Source: an uncultured Acidobacteriota bacterium (GTDB lineage: Bacteria; Acidobacteriota; Vicinamibacteria; Fen-336). From it: DNA of 64,000 bases. The notes beneath the pieces are model-generated. The model saw only the letters and a list, made by a program, of their open reading frames with translations. It had not been told where the DNA came from and searched no databases. The stretch lies in the NCBI GenBank assembly GCA_963823195.1, contig CAWGKR010000005.1, forward strand, positions 418,042-482,041. The letters run 5' to 3'. Below are positions 42,910 to 53,853 of this stretch, piece by piece. Each line of letters begins with the position of its first letter. Within the stretch, counting starts at the first letter, position 1. The position numbers and the translations under genes were made by a program.

Positions 42910-44194
42910 TCACGGGCCCCAGTCGGGCTGGACGTTGTTGCCCGGGCCGGTGGCGAGAGCCTGAACTTCGGTGCCGTTCCGGTCCGAGACGGTGATCTGC
43001 CAGTTCTGCCCCCGGCTACACGAAAAGACGAGGTGGCGCCCGTTGGGAGCCCAGGAAGGATACTCACAGCTCCCGCGCCCCTGGGTGATCTGTCGCACCT
43101 GCCGCGTCGCCAGGTCCACCACGGCCACCTCGAAGCCCCCTTCGAGCCGCGAGGTGTAGGCGATCTCGCTGTACTGCTTCGAGGGGTTCCAGGCGGGTGC
43201 GTCGTTGTAGTTCCCCACGGTCGAGAGGCGGCGCACGTTCAGCCCCTCGGTGTCCATGATCCAGATCTGCGGCGAGCCGCTCCGGTTGGACGTGAAGGCG
43301 ATCTCCTGCCCCGTGGGGCTCCAGCAGGGCGCCGTGTCGGAGCCGGGGCTGCTGGTGAGCCGCCGCGCCTCGGTGCCGTCGGCGTTGGCCACCCAGATCT
43401 CCATGTTGCCGCTCTTGTTGCTGGCGTAGGCGATGCGCTTGCCGTCGGGGCTCCACGAGGGGGCGAAGGCCTGCCCGGCCTTGCCGGCCGTCAGGTTCGT
43501 GCTCTTCCCCTCGAAGATCGACGCGATGAAGATCTCGGGGGAGCCCAGCCGATAGGACACGTAGGCGAGCGAGCGCCCGTCGGAGCTCCAGTTGGGAAGG
43601 ATGTTGAGGGACTGGTTCACCGTGACGCGGCGCGGGTTGAAGCCGTCGTAGTCGACGATGTACAGCTCCTTCGATCGCTTCTCCTTGGTGGCGTCACGGT
43701 CGGAGGTGAAGGCGATCTTGGTCCGCGCCACGCCGCGGTTCTGCGTGAGCGCCACGATGTCGTCGGACGCCTGGTGGGCGATGATGCGCGGGTTGTCGGC
43801 CTTGGCCGAGTAGCGTCTTCCGGAGCGGGTTCTGGCCCGAGTCGACGAAGTAGACCTTGGCCTCCACCGTGACGTCGGCACCGTTGGCCTCAGCGCGAGT
43901 CACGACGAGGACCTTGGCCCCGATGGACTTCCAGTCCTCGAAGTTCGGCGCGTCGGGGTTCATGGGCGGGATCGCGGAGAAGAGGCTGTCGGGCACGAAC
44001 TGGAAGAGCCCCTCGAACTTCAGGTCCGCCCGCAGCACCTGCGTGACCACGCGGCAGGCGTCGCGGGTCGCGTCGTCTCCCTTCTTGGGAATGCAGTCGG
44101 GGATGGCGAAGCGCTGGGCCTCGCCGCCGATGATGATCTCTGCGGGGCCGCCGCCCGGCGCAGACGGCTGTTGCGCAACACCGACGCGCGTCAA
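42910..44194 (-). CDS. tolB: Tol-Pal system beta-propeller protein TolB; one frame break (~43800). The true start is probably ~30 nt upstream.
   Basis: The N-terminal domain is in ORF 43694..44194. The propeller repeats (PNWSSDGRSLAY, PSWSPDGKRIAY, PCWSPTGQEIAF, PAWNP, PSWAPNGRHLVF) are in ORF 42910..43881. A signal-like RRLVAATAAAIALTRVGVAQQ lies upstream of the TTG. Confidence 0.85.
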
Positions 44195-44233
44195 CGCGAT
44201 CGCGGCGGCCGTCGCGGCGACGAGACGGCGACG

Positions 44234-44952
44234 CTACGACGTCGGCTTGAAGAGCGCCTGGATCGGGTATCGGTCTGTTCCATAGTTCTTGGGGAGCGGC
44301 CCGAAGGGCGCCGCCGACGAGATCGCGCGCTGGGCGGCCAGGTCCAGCGTGAAGACGCCGCTCGGCTGCACCACCTTGATGTCGGTGACGGAGCCGTCGG
44401 CGAGGATCGTGAAGCTGACGGTCACCGACTGCGTGCCGGCCGCCCGCATCTGTTGGGACCAGAGCAGCCAGATCTTCCGCTGCACGCCGGCGAGGTACCA
44501 GTCGCCTCCGACGTCGGTTCCACCCGGGACGCCCGGGCCAGGCGGTCCGAACTCGAGGCCCGGCGTCTGCGTCGACGTCCCCGTCCCTCCGGCCATGCCT
44601 CCGGATCGAGGCGGGGGAGTCGGGTTCTTGTCGGGCTTCCGGGCCTTCTTTGCGTCCAGCTCCGGCAGGCCCTTCCGCGGTTCTTCCTTGGGGGGCTTCA
44701 GGACCTTCTGCGGTTCGGGTTTCGGAGGAGCGGCCTCGGGCTTGACCGGCTGCGCTACCTCCGGGGCGGGCGCGGGTTCCTGGGCGGTCGGCGAGCCTTG
44801 CCCGCCGCGCGGGAGCGGAACCATGAAGCCGTCCTGGACCTTGCAGGATCGGGCTCGTGGGGCCCGAGCAGCGCGACCAGGACCGTCCCTCCCAGAAGGA
44901 GGCCATGGCCCACGACCGAGAGGATCATCCCGCCGGGGAGCCCCTGGTCCAT
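44234..44952 (-). CDS. tolA: TolA-like protein (N-terminal TM, Pro/Lys-rich linker, TonB_C domain); one frame break (~44850)
   Basis: [30 protein letters not shown], then [24 protein letters not shown], then a C-terminal domain [23 protein letters not shown]. It sits between tolR and tolB. Confidence 0.7.
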
Positions 44953-44990
44953 CTCCTCGCGCTCGACGATCAGGCGGTCGACGGCGTCGA

Positions 44991-45461
44991 TCACTTCGCG
45001 GCCTTCTCCTGGGGAAGGACGTAGGCGAAGCCGACCTGGTCGACGCCGGCGTGCTTCAGCTTGTCCATGACCTCGATGACCTTGCCGTAGCGGAGGCTCT
45101 CGTCGGCGCGGAGGTAGACGACCTTCGAGGTCCTGCCCTCCATCATCCCATGGAGCGTGTCCTCGAGGAGCACCATCGCGACCGGCTTGTCGGCCACGTA
45201 CACACGCCCGTCGGCTTTGATCGAGACCGTGATGCGCTCCTCGGGTTCGTTCTGCGGCTGGTTCGCCACCGGGCAGCGAGACGTCGATCCCGCGGCTCAT
45301 CATCGGCGCCGTGACCATGAAGACGAGGAGCAGGACGAGCACCACGTCCACGAGCGGCGTGACGTTGATGTCGCCGAGGGCCGGGGCCGAGCGCCGCGCC
45401 CGCGAAGACCACGGTACGTGGCCGCCGCGCTCGCCGCCGCCTCCTGGCCTCCGGCCTGCAT
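44991..45461 (-). CDS. tolR: Biopolymer transporter TolR/ExbD; frame breaks
   Basis: [22 protein letters not shown], then the periplasmic domain in ORF 44991..45269. ATG 45461 lies 2 nt after the tolQ stop. Confidence 0.8.
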
Positions 45462-45462
45462 C

Positions 45463-46145
45463 CTATGTGAAGTTACGCTCGACGATGTTGAGGAATTCCA
45501 GGGCGAAGTCGTCCATCATCGACGCCAGGACCTTGATCCGGCTGTTGTAGTAGTTGAAGAAGACCGCCGCCGGGATGGCCGCCGCGAGACCCGCGGCGGT
45601 GGTGATCAGGGCCTCGGAGATCCCCGGCGCCACGACGGCGAGGTTCGCCGAGCCCATGCGGCCGATGTCGCCGAAGGCCGTCATGATCCCCCAGACCGTG
45701 CCGAAGAGCCCGACGAACGGGCTCACGCTCGCGGTCGTGGCCAGGAAGCTGACGCGGCGCTCGAGGCGCGTGCCCTTCCACCGTGGCCGCGCGCGCGAGG
45801 GAGCGCGAGAGCGACTCGAGGCTCTTCACCGTGGGCTTGGCCGCGGTGCCGCCGGCCGTCGAGCCCGCCGCGCCGCGCACCTGCTGGTTCACCTCGAGAT
45901 ACCCCGCCTGGAAGACGCCCACGAGCGGGCTGGCCTTGAGCTGCACGCAGACCGAGTTGACCTCGGAGAACTTGCTGCTCTTGCGGAAGACCTGGAGGAA
46001 CGTCTGGGACTGGCGCGTAGGCGCTGTGGAGGACGAGGCCCTTGTAGACGATGATGGCCCACGAAACGATCGAGAAGACGACCAGGAGCAGCAGCACGGC
46101 GCGGGCCATCGGGCCCGGTGTGGCCGACCCAGCCCCCGAGACCAC
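45463..46145 (-). CDS. tolQ: MotA/TolQ/ExbB proton channel protein; frame breaks, start uncertain (GTG 46145 or ATG 46109)
   Basis: C-terminus SPFVGLFGTVWGIM..APGISEALITTAAGLAAAIPA in ORF 45463..45726. The N-terminal TM LLLLVVFSIVSWAIIVYK is in another frame. Confidence 0.8.
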
Positions 46146-46295
46146 CCGAAAACGCGCTGCTCTGGGCCAGGACCAGGAGGGGAGAGAAAGAACAACAGAT
46201 ACCTCTCTAAATAGCGCTACCGGCTGAGGATGCCACAAGCGGTGGTGGCTGTCAATGACGGATGCCGGGGCGGTCCCACGGCTGCGTCTCGTTGA

Positions 46296-46311
46296 TGTAT
46301 CGTGATTTACA
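46296..46311. promoter_or_regulatory. 16-bp palindrome TGTA-N8-TACA upstream of recN (candidate operator)
   Basis: TGTATCGTGATTTACA lies 45 nt upstream of the recN ATG, in the tolQ/recN divergent intergenic region. Confidence 0.3.
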
Positions 46312-46355
46312 GCCACGCCGGGGGTGTGCTATCCTCCGCCGGGAGCCCGAGCTCC

Positions 46356-48048
46356 ATGATTAAGTGCCTTAGAATCAACAATATCGCACTGATCGCCTCC
46401 GCCGAGCTGGAGTTCGGCCCGGGGCTCAACCTCCTCACGGGAGAGACGGGAGCCGGCAAGTCGATCCTCGATCGACGCCCTCGGGCCTGCTGCTCGGGGA
46501 GCGGGCCTCGACGCGATCTGATCCGAACGGGGAGTCCCAGGCCGTCGTCGAGGGGATCGTGGAGAGCACCGAGGGGGCGGCGCTCCTCGAGGAACACGCC
46601 CTGCCCGCGCGACGGCGACGAGATCGTCCTGCGCCGGGAGATCCAGGCCACGGGAAGGGCCGGGCGACCGTGAACGGCGCGCTGGTCCCCGTTGACTCTC
46701 TTGCGCGAGCTGGGCGAGCGCCTCGTGGTCGTCCACGGCCAGCACGAGCCGCAGGGGCTCGCTGAACCCCGACACCCACCTCGGGATCGCTCGACGGCCA
46801 TCGCCGGCCTGGCCGCGGCCACCGCGGCGCTCGGCGCGCCCTTCCGCCGACTCCGAGAGACCGAGGCCGCCCTCGAAGCCCTGCGCCACGGGGCGCGCGA
46901 GGCCGAGCGCCGACGCGAGATGCTCGAGTTCCAGGCCGGCGAGATCGAGAAGGCCGGGCTGGCGCCTGGCGAGGAGGAGGCGCTCCGCCAGGAGAAGGGC
47001 GTGCAGGCCAACGCCGGCCGGCTCGCGACCCTGTCCCAGGAGGCCTACGCCGCGCTCTACGAGGACGAGGGCGCGGTCCTCACGCGCCTCGGCGCCGTCT
47101 ACCGGCGGATCGAGGAGCTGGCCACGATCGACCCGCGGTTCGCCCCATTCGCCGAGGGACGCAAGGGGATCGCCGCGCCAGCTCGAGGACCTGGCCCTCT
47201 TCCTGCGGGACTACGCGCGACGGCCTCCAGGTGACCCCTGGACGTCTCGACGAGATCGAGTCGCGGCTGGCGCTGATCGAGCGGCTCAAGCGGAAGTACG
47301 GGGCCATCGGTCGAGGAGATCCTGGCCTTCGGCGAGCGGTGCCGGCGGGAGCTTCAGGCCGATGGGCTCCCCGGAGGAGCGCGAGCGCGCCCTGGAGCAG
47401 GAGCGCGACCAGGCGGCCAGGACGTATCTCGAGGCGGCTCGTGCGCTCTCCGAGGCGCGTCGAAAGGCCGCCCCCGATCTGGAGAAGAAGATGGAGGGGG
47501 AGCTGGCCCTCCTGGCCATGGAGCGAACGCGGTTCGGCGTGCGCTTCGATCCCGAGACCCCTGACGGACGAGAGCGCCTCGTGGACCGAGCAGCGGCCTG
47601 GAGCGAGCCGAGTTCCTCCTCTCCCCGAACCCCGGCGAGGAGCTGCGTCCCCTGGCCCGGATCGCCTCCGGCGGCGAGCTGTCGCGCATCCTGCTGGCCC
47701 TCGAGTCCGTAGCCAGCAGCGGCGCCGCCGGGAGGACGCTCGTTTTCGACGAGGTGGACGCCGGAATCGGCGGGCGGGTCGCCGAGGTCGTCGGCCGGAA
47801 GCTCCGGACGATCGCCGAGCGCGCAGCAGGTCCTGTGCGTCACCCACCTGCCGCAGATCGCCTCCCTCGCCGAATCCCACCACGCGGTGCAGAAGCGCGT
47901 CGCGCGCGGCCGGACCCACGCCGAGGTCCAGGTCCTCTCGTCCGAGGAGCGCGTCGAGGAGGTCGCGCGGATGCTCGGTGGCGAGACGCTCACCGAGACG
48001 ACGCGACGCCACGCGCGTGAGATGATCAAGCAAGGGCTGCGCTCGTGA
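46356..48048 (+). CDS. recN: DNA repair protein RecN; at least 5 frame breaks
   Basis: N-terminus MIKCLRINNIALIASAELEFGPGLNLLTGETGAGKSIL (Walker A), a coiled-coil middle in ORFs 46692.. and 47362.., and C-terminus ASGGELSRILLAL...LVFDEVDAGIGG reconstructed to stop at 48048. Confidence 0.85.
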
Positions 48049-48061
48049 CACGGACCATTCG

Positions 48062-49428
48062 ATGACAGCAGAGGAAAAGACGCTTCCACATCCAGACGTT
48101 CGGCTGTCAGATGAACGTCAACGACTCCGAGAAGGTGGCGGGGCTGTTGCTCGCCGACGGGCACGAGCGCGCGGATGGCCCGGACGACGCGGACTTCGTC
48201 TTCATCAACACCTGCGCGGTCCGCGAGCGCGCCTCGGAGAAGCTGTTCCACTACACTGGGACGCCTTCGGCGGGCCCGAGAAGGATCGGCCGGAGCTGCG
48301 CGTGGGCGTCGGCGGATGCGTGGCTCAGCTCCACGGGAAGGACATCCTGGCGCGGGCGAAGAACGTGGACCTCCTCGTCGGCACCCACACGTTCGGCCGC
48401 GTCCCCGAGCTGCTCGCAGCCGCCCTCGCGACCGGCGAGACCCAGGTCGATCTCGACCGGAGCGCCGATTCGTTCGGCGATCCCGTCCGAGAACGTCGCC
48501 CATTCGAGCGCCATCCGTACGCGCCTTCGTCACCGCCATGGAGGGGTGCAATCACGTCTGCAGCTTCTGCGTCGTACCGCGGACCCGGGGGATCGAGGTC
48601 TGCCGGCGCCCCGAGGAGATCGTGCGAGGAGGTCCGATCGATCGTCGCCCGCGGTGTCCCGGAGGTGATGCTCCTCGGCCAGACGGTCAACGCCTACCGC
48701 CACGGGGAAACGGACTTTCCCGCGCCTGCTGGCTCGCGTCCACGACGTGGAAGGCCTGGAGCGTCTGCGGTTTACGACGTCCCACCCCAGCCACGTGGGG
48801 CCTGCATTGGCCGCGAGCTCTTCGGGATCTTCCCAAGCTCTGTCCCCATCTGCATCTGCCTGTGCAGTCCGGCTCGGATCGCATCCTCGCCTCGATGCGA
48901 CGGGGCTATACCGCGGCAGAGTATCGCGCCATCGTGGCGCTTCTGCGAGACCACGTACCGGACCTGGCCCTCTCGGGGGACGTCATCGTCGGGTATCCCG
49001 GTGAGACCGAGGACGACTTCCAGGCCACGGTCTCCTTGGTGGACGACGTCGGCTTCGACGGCCTCTTCGTCTTCGCCTACTCGCCACGCCCCGGGACGAC
49101 GGCTGTCCGCCTCCCGGACGACATCGCCGAGGGCGAGAAGCTGCGGCGAGTGAACGTCCTGAACTCCCACCAGCAGCGCGCCCAGGCCGAACGCAACGCC
49201 ACGCGCGTGGGGCAGCGCGAGGAGGTCCTGATCGAGAGCGTCGAGGCACCGGGTCGCCTCTCGGGCCGGACGCCTCACTTCCGAATCGTCCACCTCGACG
49301 GACCGGAGACGCTCCTCGGAATGCGCGTCCGCGTGGACGTCACTGGGAGCGGACCGAACGCGCTCAGGGGGCGGATGATCCCTCCAAGCGATTCATTGAC
49401 AGAGGGTTCCGCCGTCCCTATATTGTGA
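48062..49428 (+). CDS. miaB: tRNA (N6-isopentenyl-A37) methylthiotransferase MiaB; many frame breaks
   Basis: UPF0004 domain HIQTFGCQMNVNDSE and FINTCAVRE, radical SAM site EGCNHVCSFCVVP, HLPVQSGSDRIL, and a TRAM domain at the end. The pieces lie over three frames. Confidence 0.85.
49396..49424 (+). promoter_or_regulatory. Sigma-70-type promoter TTGACA-17 nt-TATATT
   Basis: The -35 is at 49396-49401 and the -10 at 49419-49424, 24 nt upstream of ATG 49448. It lies inside the 3' end of miaB. Confidence 0.5.
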
Positions 49429-49447
49429 CCGGTCCCGCGGAGGCGGC

Positions 49448-49933
49448 ATGCAGATCGAGATGACGATCAAGGGGTTGATGATCGACCCCATCACCAACAT
49501 GCCGATCATCGTCCTTCGCGACGAGGAAGGTCAGCGCATCCTGCCGATCTGGGTGGGGGTCTTCGAGGCCAATGCAATCGCCCTGCAGATCGAGAAGGTC
49601 GAGACCCCTCGGCCGATGACCCACGACCTCCTGAAGAACATCATCAACGACCTGAAAGCGAGCGTCGAGCGCATCGTGGTGTGCGGCCTGAAGGAGAACA
49701 CCTTCTACGCGACCATCGAGCTGCGCGCCTTCGGAGGGAGCGTCACGATCGATGCGCGCCCCTCGGACGCGATCGCGCTCGCGCTTCGGACGCAGTCTCC
49801 GATCTTCGTCGAGGAGGACGTGATCCAGGACGCCAAGGGCCTGGAGGCGGGCAAGGAATCCCACGACGTCGGTCGCCTTCGAAAGTGGCTCGAGGGCCTC
49901 TCCGACGAGGAGCTGGGCAAGTACAAGATGTAA
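49448..49933 (+). CDS. Bifunctional nuclease family protein (DUF151/BFN)
   Basis: Intact 161-aa ORF with ILPIWVGVFEANAIA, THDLL and IDARPSDAIALALR, typical of BFN domain proteins. Confidence 0.8.
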   Translation: MQIEMTIKGLMIDPITNMPIIVLRDEEGQRILPIWVGVFEANAIALQIEKVETPRPMTHDLLKNIINDLKASVERIVVCGLKENTFYATIELRAFGGSVTIDARPSDAIALALRTQSPIFVEEDVIQDAKGLEAGKESHDVGRLRKWLEGLSDEELGKYKM

Positions 49934-49970
49934 GGGACGTCACGCGTTCTCCGCCGCCTCCCGTTTACCC

Positions 49971-50000
49971 TTGACCCTCGCGCGCCGGATTGCCTAAGAT
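49971..50000 (+). promoter_or_regulatory. Possible sigma-70-type promoter TTGACC-18 nt-TAAGAT upstream of parA
   Basis: Hexamers read directly from the sequence, 36 nt upstream of GTG 50036. Confidence 0.35.
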
Positions 50001-50035
50001 GCGCTCGGTTCCATGCCTGCCTTCCCCCGGGTGAC

Positions 50036-50794
50036 GTGTTGATCACCATCGCCATCGCCAACCAGAAGGGCGGCGTCGGGAAGACGACGACCGCGATCAA
50101 CCTCGCCGCGGCCCTGGCCATGCGCGGACGTCGGACGCTGCTCGTCGACCTGGATCCCCAGGGGAACTCGTCGATGACGTACCTCGACGTCCGGTCGCTG
50201 GCGCGGTCGATGTACGACGTCCTGGGCGAGGGGATCCCGCTGGCGGACGTCATCATTCCCTCGGCGGTCCCGAATCTGGAGCTGGCGCCGTCGCGCATCT
50301 CCCTTGCGAAGATCGAGGCCAAGCTCGTCGGAGAGATCGACGGCCACTTCAAGCTGAAGGACGCCATCGAGAGCATCCGGGACCGCTTCGAGTTCGTGAT
50401 CATCGACACGCCGCCGGCCCTCGGCCTCATCACCGTCAACGCGCTGGTGGCCGCCACGCATCTGCTCGTCCCCGTGCAATCGAGCTACTTCGCCTTGGAG
50501 GGGACCGACGACCTTCTCGAAACCGTGGAGAAGATCCGTTCCCGGCCCAACCCGAACCTCAAGCTGCTGGGAGCCGTCATCACGCTCCACGACAAGCGCA
50601 CGACGCTGTCCCGAGACGTCCAGAAGGCCATCGGGAACGTCTTCGGAGATCGCGTCTTCCAGACGACCATCAGCAAGAGCATCCGTCTCGAGGAGAGCCC
50701 GGCCCACCGCGAGTCCATCTTCACTTTCGCGCCGCAATCCACCGGCGCCTACGAGTACTACCGCCTCTGCGAGGAGGTGATCGAACGTGTCTAA
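50036..50794 (+). CDS. parA: ParA/Soj chromosome partitioning ATPase
   Basis: Deviant Walker A IANQKGGVGKTT, with VIIDTPPALG and LEESPAHRESI. Confidence 0.9.
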   Translation: MLITIAIANQKGGVGKTTTAINLAAALAMRGRRTLLVDLDPQGNSSMTYLDVRSLARSMYDVLGEGIPLADVIIPSAVPNLELAPSRISLAKIEAKLVGEIDGHFKLKDAIESIRDRFEFVIIDTPPALGLITVNALVAATHLLVPVQSSYFALEGTDDLLETVEKIRSRPNPNLKLLGAVITLHDKRTTLSRDVQKAIGNVFGDRVFQTTISKSIRLEESPAHRESIFTFAPQSTGAYEYYRLCEEVIERV

Positions 50795-51632
50795 CATCCG
50801 CCGTATGGGCCTTCCCGACGCTCTGCGCATGCGTCACGACTCCCACTTCGTCGAACAGCTCGGACGCCCCGGGGGGACGCCGGTGGGACGCCTCATTCCC
50901 ATCGAGGACATCGAACCCAACCCCCACCAGCCGCGCCAGGCGCTCGGGGACCTGTCCGAGCTGATCGCGTCCATCCGCGAGAAGGGGATTCTCGAACCGA
51001 TCCTGGTGCGGCCGAAGGGGAGCCGCTTCCAGATCATCGCCGGCGAGCGACGCTTCCGCGCTGCGACCGAGGCGGGGCTGGCCGACATCCCGTGCGTCGT
51101 GCGTGACACCTCCGACGCCGAGACCATGGAGATCGCGCTCATCGAGAACCTCCAACGCAAGGATCTCAGCGCCTTTGAAGAAGCCGACGGCCTCAAGACG
51201 TTGGCCGAGACGTATGGTTATACGCACGAAAAGATGGCCGAGAAGATCGGGAAGAGTCGGAGCGCCCTGACCGAGACGCTCTCTCTCACGGCCATGCCGG
51301 ATCACGTTCGAGAGCTTTGTCGGCTGGCCGACATTTCGTCTAAGTCATTGCTGCTACAGATTGTTAGGCAATCTGATTCCAAGAAAATGGTCGCCTTGGT
51401 CGGCCAACTGCAGCAAGAGGGCGCCACGCGAGAGACCGCTCGTCGGCTCGCGCGAGAGGGCAAGCCCAAGACGGCAGCCAAGGGCCGCCCGCAGAACTAT
51501 GTCTTCCGTTACCAGCCGAAGGAGAGGTCGTTCTCCCTCGCCCTTCAGTTCCGGAAGAGCCAGGTTCCCCGCGAGGAGATCGTTCGCGCCCTGCAAGCCA
51601 TCATCGAAGACCTGACCCGCGAAGACGAGTAG
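50787..51632 (+). CDS. parB: ParB/Spo0J partition protein
   Basis: Overlaps parA by 8 nt. ParB box PNPHQPRQ and ILVRP...FQIIAGERRFRA, HTH GYTHEKMAEKIGKSRSALTETL. The 3' third is markedly lower in GC. Confidence 0.9.
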   Translation: MSNIRRMGLPDALRMRHDSHFVEQLGRPGGTPVGRLIPIEDIEPNPHQPRQALGDLSELIASIREKGILEPILVRPKGSRFQIIAGERRFRAATEAGLADIPCVVRDTSDAETMEIALIENLQRKDLSAFEEADGLKTLAETYGYTHEKMAEKIGKSRSALTETLSLTAMPDHVRELCRLADISSKSLLLQIVRQSDSKKMVALVGQLQQEGATRETARRLAREGKPKTAAKGRPQNYVFRYQPKERSFSLALQFRKSQVPREEIVRALQAIIEDLTREDE

Positions 51633-51876
51633 CACCCCGCTGGTCAGAATTTCCTTGAGCTATTGGAGGTCAAATACCTTCTCCAACGGCTATTTCCCCT
51701 CTGGACTAGCAGCACGAGGACGATCTCGCCCGCCTTCCTCTACAGGCGGCGTGAGGATAGGCACGGCCGTCCTCGTCTTGCGATCCACCACGTCGACCGC
51801 AGCGAGGTTGGGCATCGCCGGACGACGCCACAATCGGGGGATCGGTCCCGGCGCCCGTGATATATGATCGCCGCCC

Positions 51877-52951
51877 ATGAAAGCCGGCACGCGCATCCAC
51901 CGCCTGGCGAGGATCGCCGGGAAGGTGGCCTGGGCGCTACTCGACCGAAGCCATCCCCTGCTCGTCCACGTGGTCCCGATGCGGCGCTGCAACCTCTCCT
52001 GCGCCTACTGCAGCGAGTACGACACCGTCTCGAAGCCGGTGGCGCTCGCCGCGATGCTCGAGCGGATCGACCGGCTGGCCGACCTGGGCACCGCGATGGT
52101 GACCGTCAGCGGCGGCGAGCCCCTGATGCACCCGGACCTCGAGCGCATCGTGGCTCGCGCGCGCCAGCGGGGGATGCTCGTCTCGCTCATCAGCAACGGG
52201 TACTACCTCTCGCCCGAGCGGATCGACGCCCTGAACCGGGCGGGGCTCGACCACTTCCAGATCAGCATCGACAACGTGGAGCCCGACGAGAGCTCGACCA
52301 AGAGCCTGCGCGTCCTGGAGCCCAAGCTCCGGTGGCTCGCGGAGCGGGCCGACTTCACGGTCACGATCAACTCCGTGCTGGGCGGCGGCGTGAAGAAGCC
52401 CGAGGACGCGGTGGTGATCGCCCGGCGCGCGCGGGAGCTGGGCTTCGGTAGCTCCCTCGGCATCGTTCACGACGGCCACGGCCAGCTGAAGGCCTTGAGC
52501 CCCGCCGAGATGAGGGTCTACGAGGAGCTGCGCCGGATGCAGGGGCGCGGCTTCTCGCGCCTCAATCGGCGCTTCCAGGACAACCTGGCCCATGGGCGCC
52601 CCCACGAGTGGAGCTGCCGGGCCGGGGCGCGCTATCTCTACGTCGACGAGAAGGGAATCGTCAGCTACTGCTCCCAGCAGCGCGGCATGCCCGGGATTCC
52701 CCTCGAGCGCTTCACGCCGCGAGGACGTCCGGCGCGAGTACCGGTCCAAGAAGAGCTGCGCTCCCTTCTGCACGGTGAACTGCGTCCAGCAGGTCGCCCT
52801 GCTCGACAACTGGAGATCCCCCCAGACGCGTCTGCGGCCGGTCTTCCCTCGAACGCGGGGGTCCCGCGCCGCCCACGCCCCCGGGGCCCCAGGGCGACGG
52901 CGTTCTCGCCGGGTAGCCGGATGCCTGAGCCCGATCTCCGCGCTCTGGTGA
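51877..52951 (+). CDS. Radical SAM protein with SPASM-like Cys-rich C-terminus; frame break (~52720). The real stop may be TAG 52914-52916.
   Basis: CNLSCAYC (CxxxCxxC) near the N-terminus and the GGEPL motif. C-terminal Cys clusters WSCRAG...VSYC and KKSCAPFCTVNC. Confidence 0.7.
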
Positions 52952-53711
52952 CCGGTGCCTCCAGCGGCATCGGCGCCTCGTTCGCCCGCGCCATCCGTTC
53001 CCGCGGCGAGCGCCTGGTGCTCGTGGCACGGCGTGAGGATCGCCTGCGCGTCGCTCGCACAGGAGCTCGGCGGCGGCGGGGACGTGGCCGTCGTCGTTGC
53101 CGACCTGGCCGCGCCCGACGGGCCCGAGCGGCTCCAGGCGGAGGTCGAGCGCGCGGGGTTCCAGGTCGACTTCCTCGTGAACAACGCGGGATCCGGCGAC
53201 ACCGGGCGCTTTCGCCGACCAGCCGATCGAGCGCCTGCGCGCCATGATCGACCTGAACGCCCGCGCCCTGGTGGAGCTGACCCGGCGCTTCCTCCCCGGG
53301 ATGATCCAGAGGGGACGCGGCCGGATCGTCAACGTGGTCTCCAACGGGGCCTTCCAGCCCGTCCCGTATCTGAACGTCTACGCCGCGACGAAGAGCCTCG
53401 TGCTCTCGTTCACCGAGGGGCTGGCCACGGAGCTCGAGGGGACCGGGGTTCGCGTGCAGGCGCTGTGTCCCGGCCTCACCGAGACCGAGTTCTTCGACGT
53501 CGCCCGGACGAGCAGGGACCTCATGGTCAACCGGCTCCCGCGGATGACCCCCGAGGACGTGGTCGCCTGCTCGCTTCGGGGGCTGGAGAAGGGGAGGCTC
53601 CGGGTCATCCCGGGTTTCCAGAACCGCCTCCTCGCGTCGGTCGTGCGCTTCGTCCCTCGTTCGCTGGCCCGAGGGATCGCGGCGAGGCTCTACAAGCCCC
53701 GGTACCCCTGA
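52921..53711 (+). CDS. Classical short-chain dehydrogenase/reductase; two frame breaks (~53045, ~53215)
   Basis: TGASSGIG, NNAG and the YAATK (YxxxK) catalytic motif. The pieces lie in three + frames and end at 53711. Confidence 0.8.
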
Positions 53712-53733
53712 CGGGGAGGCGCCCCGGCTTTTT
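53712..53733 (+). terminator. Weak intrinsic terminator after the SDR gene
   Basis: CGGGG-AGGCG-CCCCG hairpin followed by GCTTTTTG. Confidence 0.35.
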
Positions 53734-53765
53734 GTGGTGGCGGGCTTCCCCGGACCCCCAAGGGC

Positions 53766-53774
53766 TGGTAAAAT
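53766..53774 (+). promoter_or_regulatory. Extended -10-like element TGGTAAAAT upstream of the lipid operon
   Basis: Read directly from the sequence, 80 nt upstream of ATG 53854. Confidence 0.3.
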
Positions 53775-53853
53775 ATCGAGTCGCTTTTGTGACCCCCGGG
53801 CCATCCCTTTCGCCCGTCTCGTCCGGGGATGCCAATGATTTGAGGTGCAGCCT

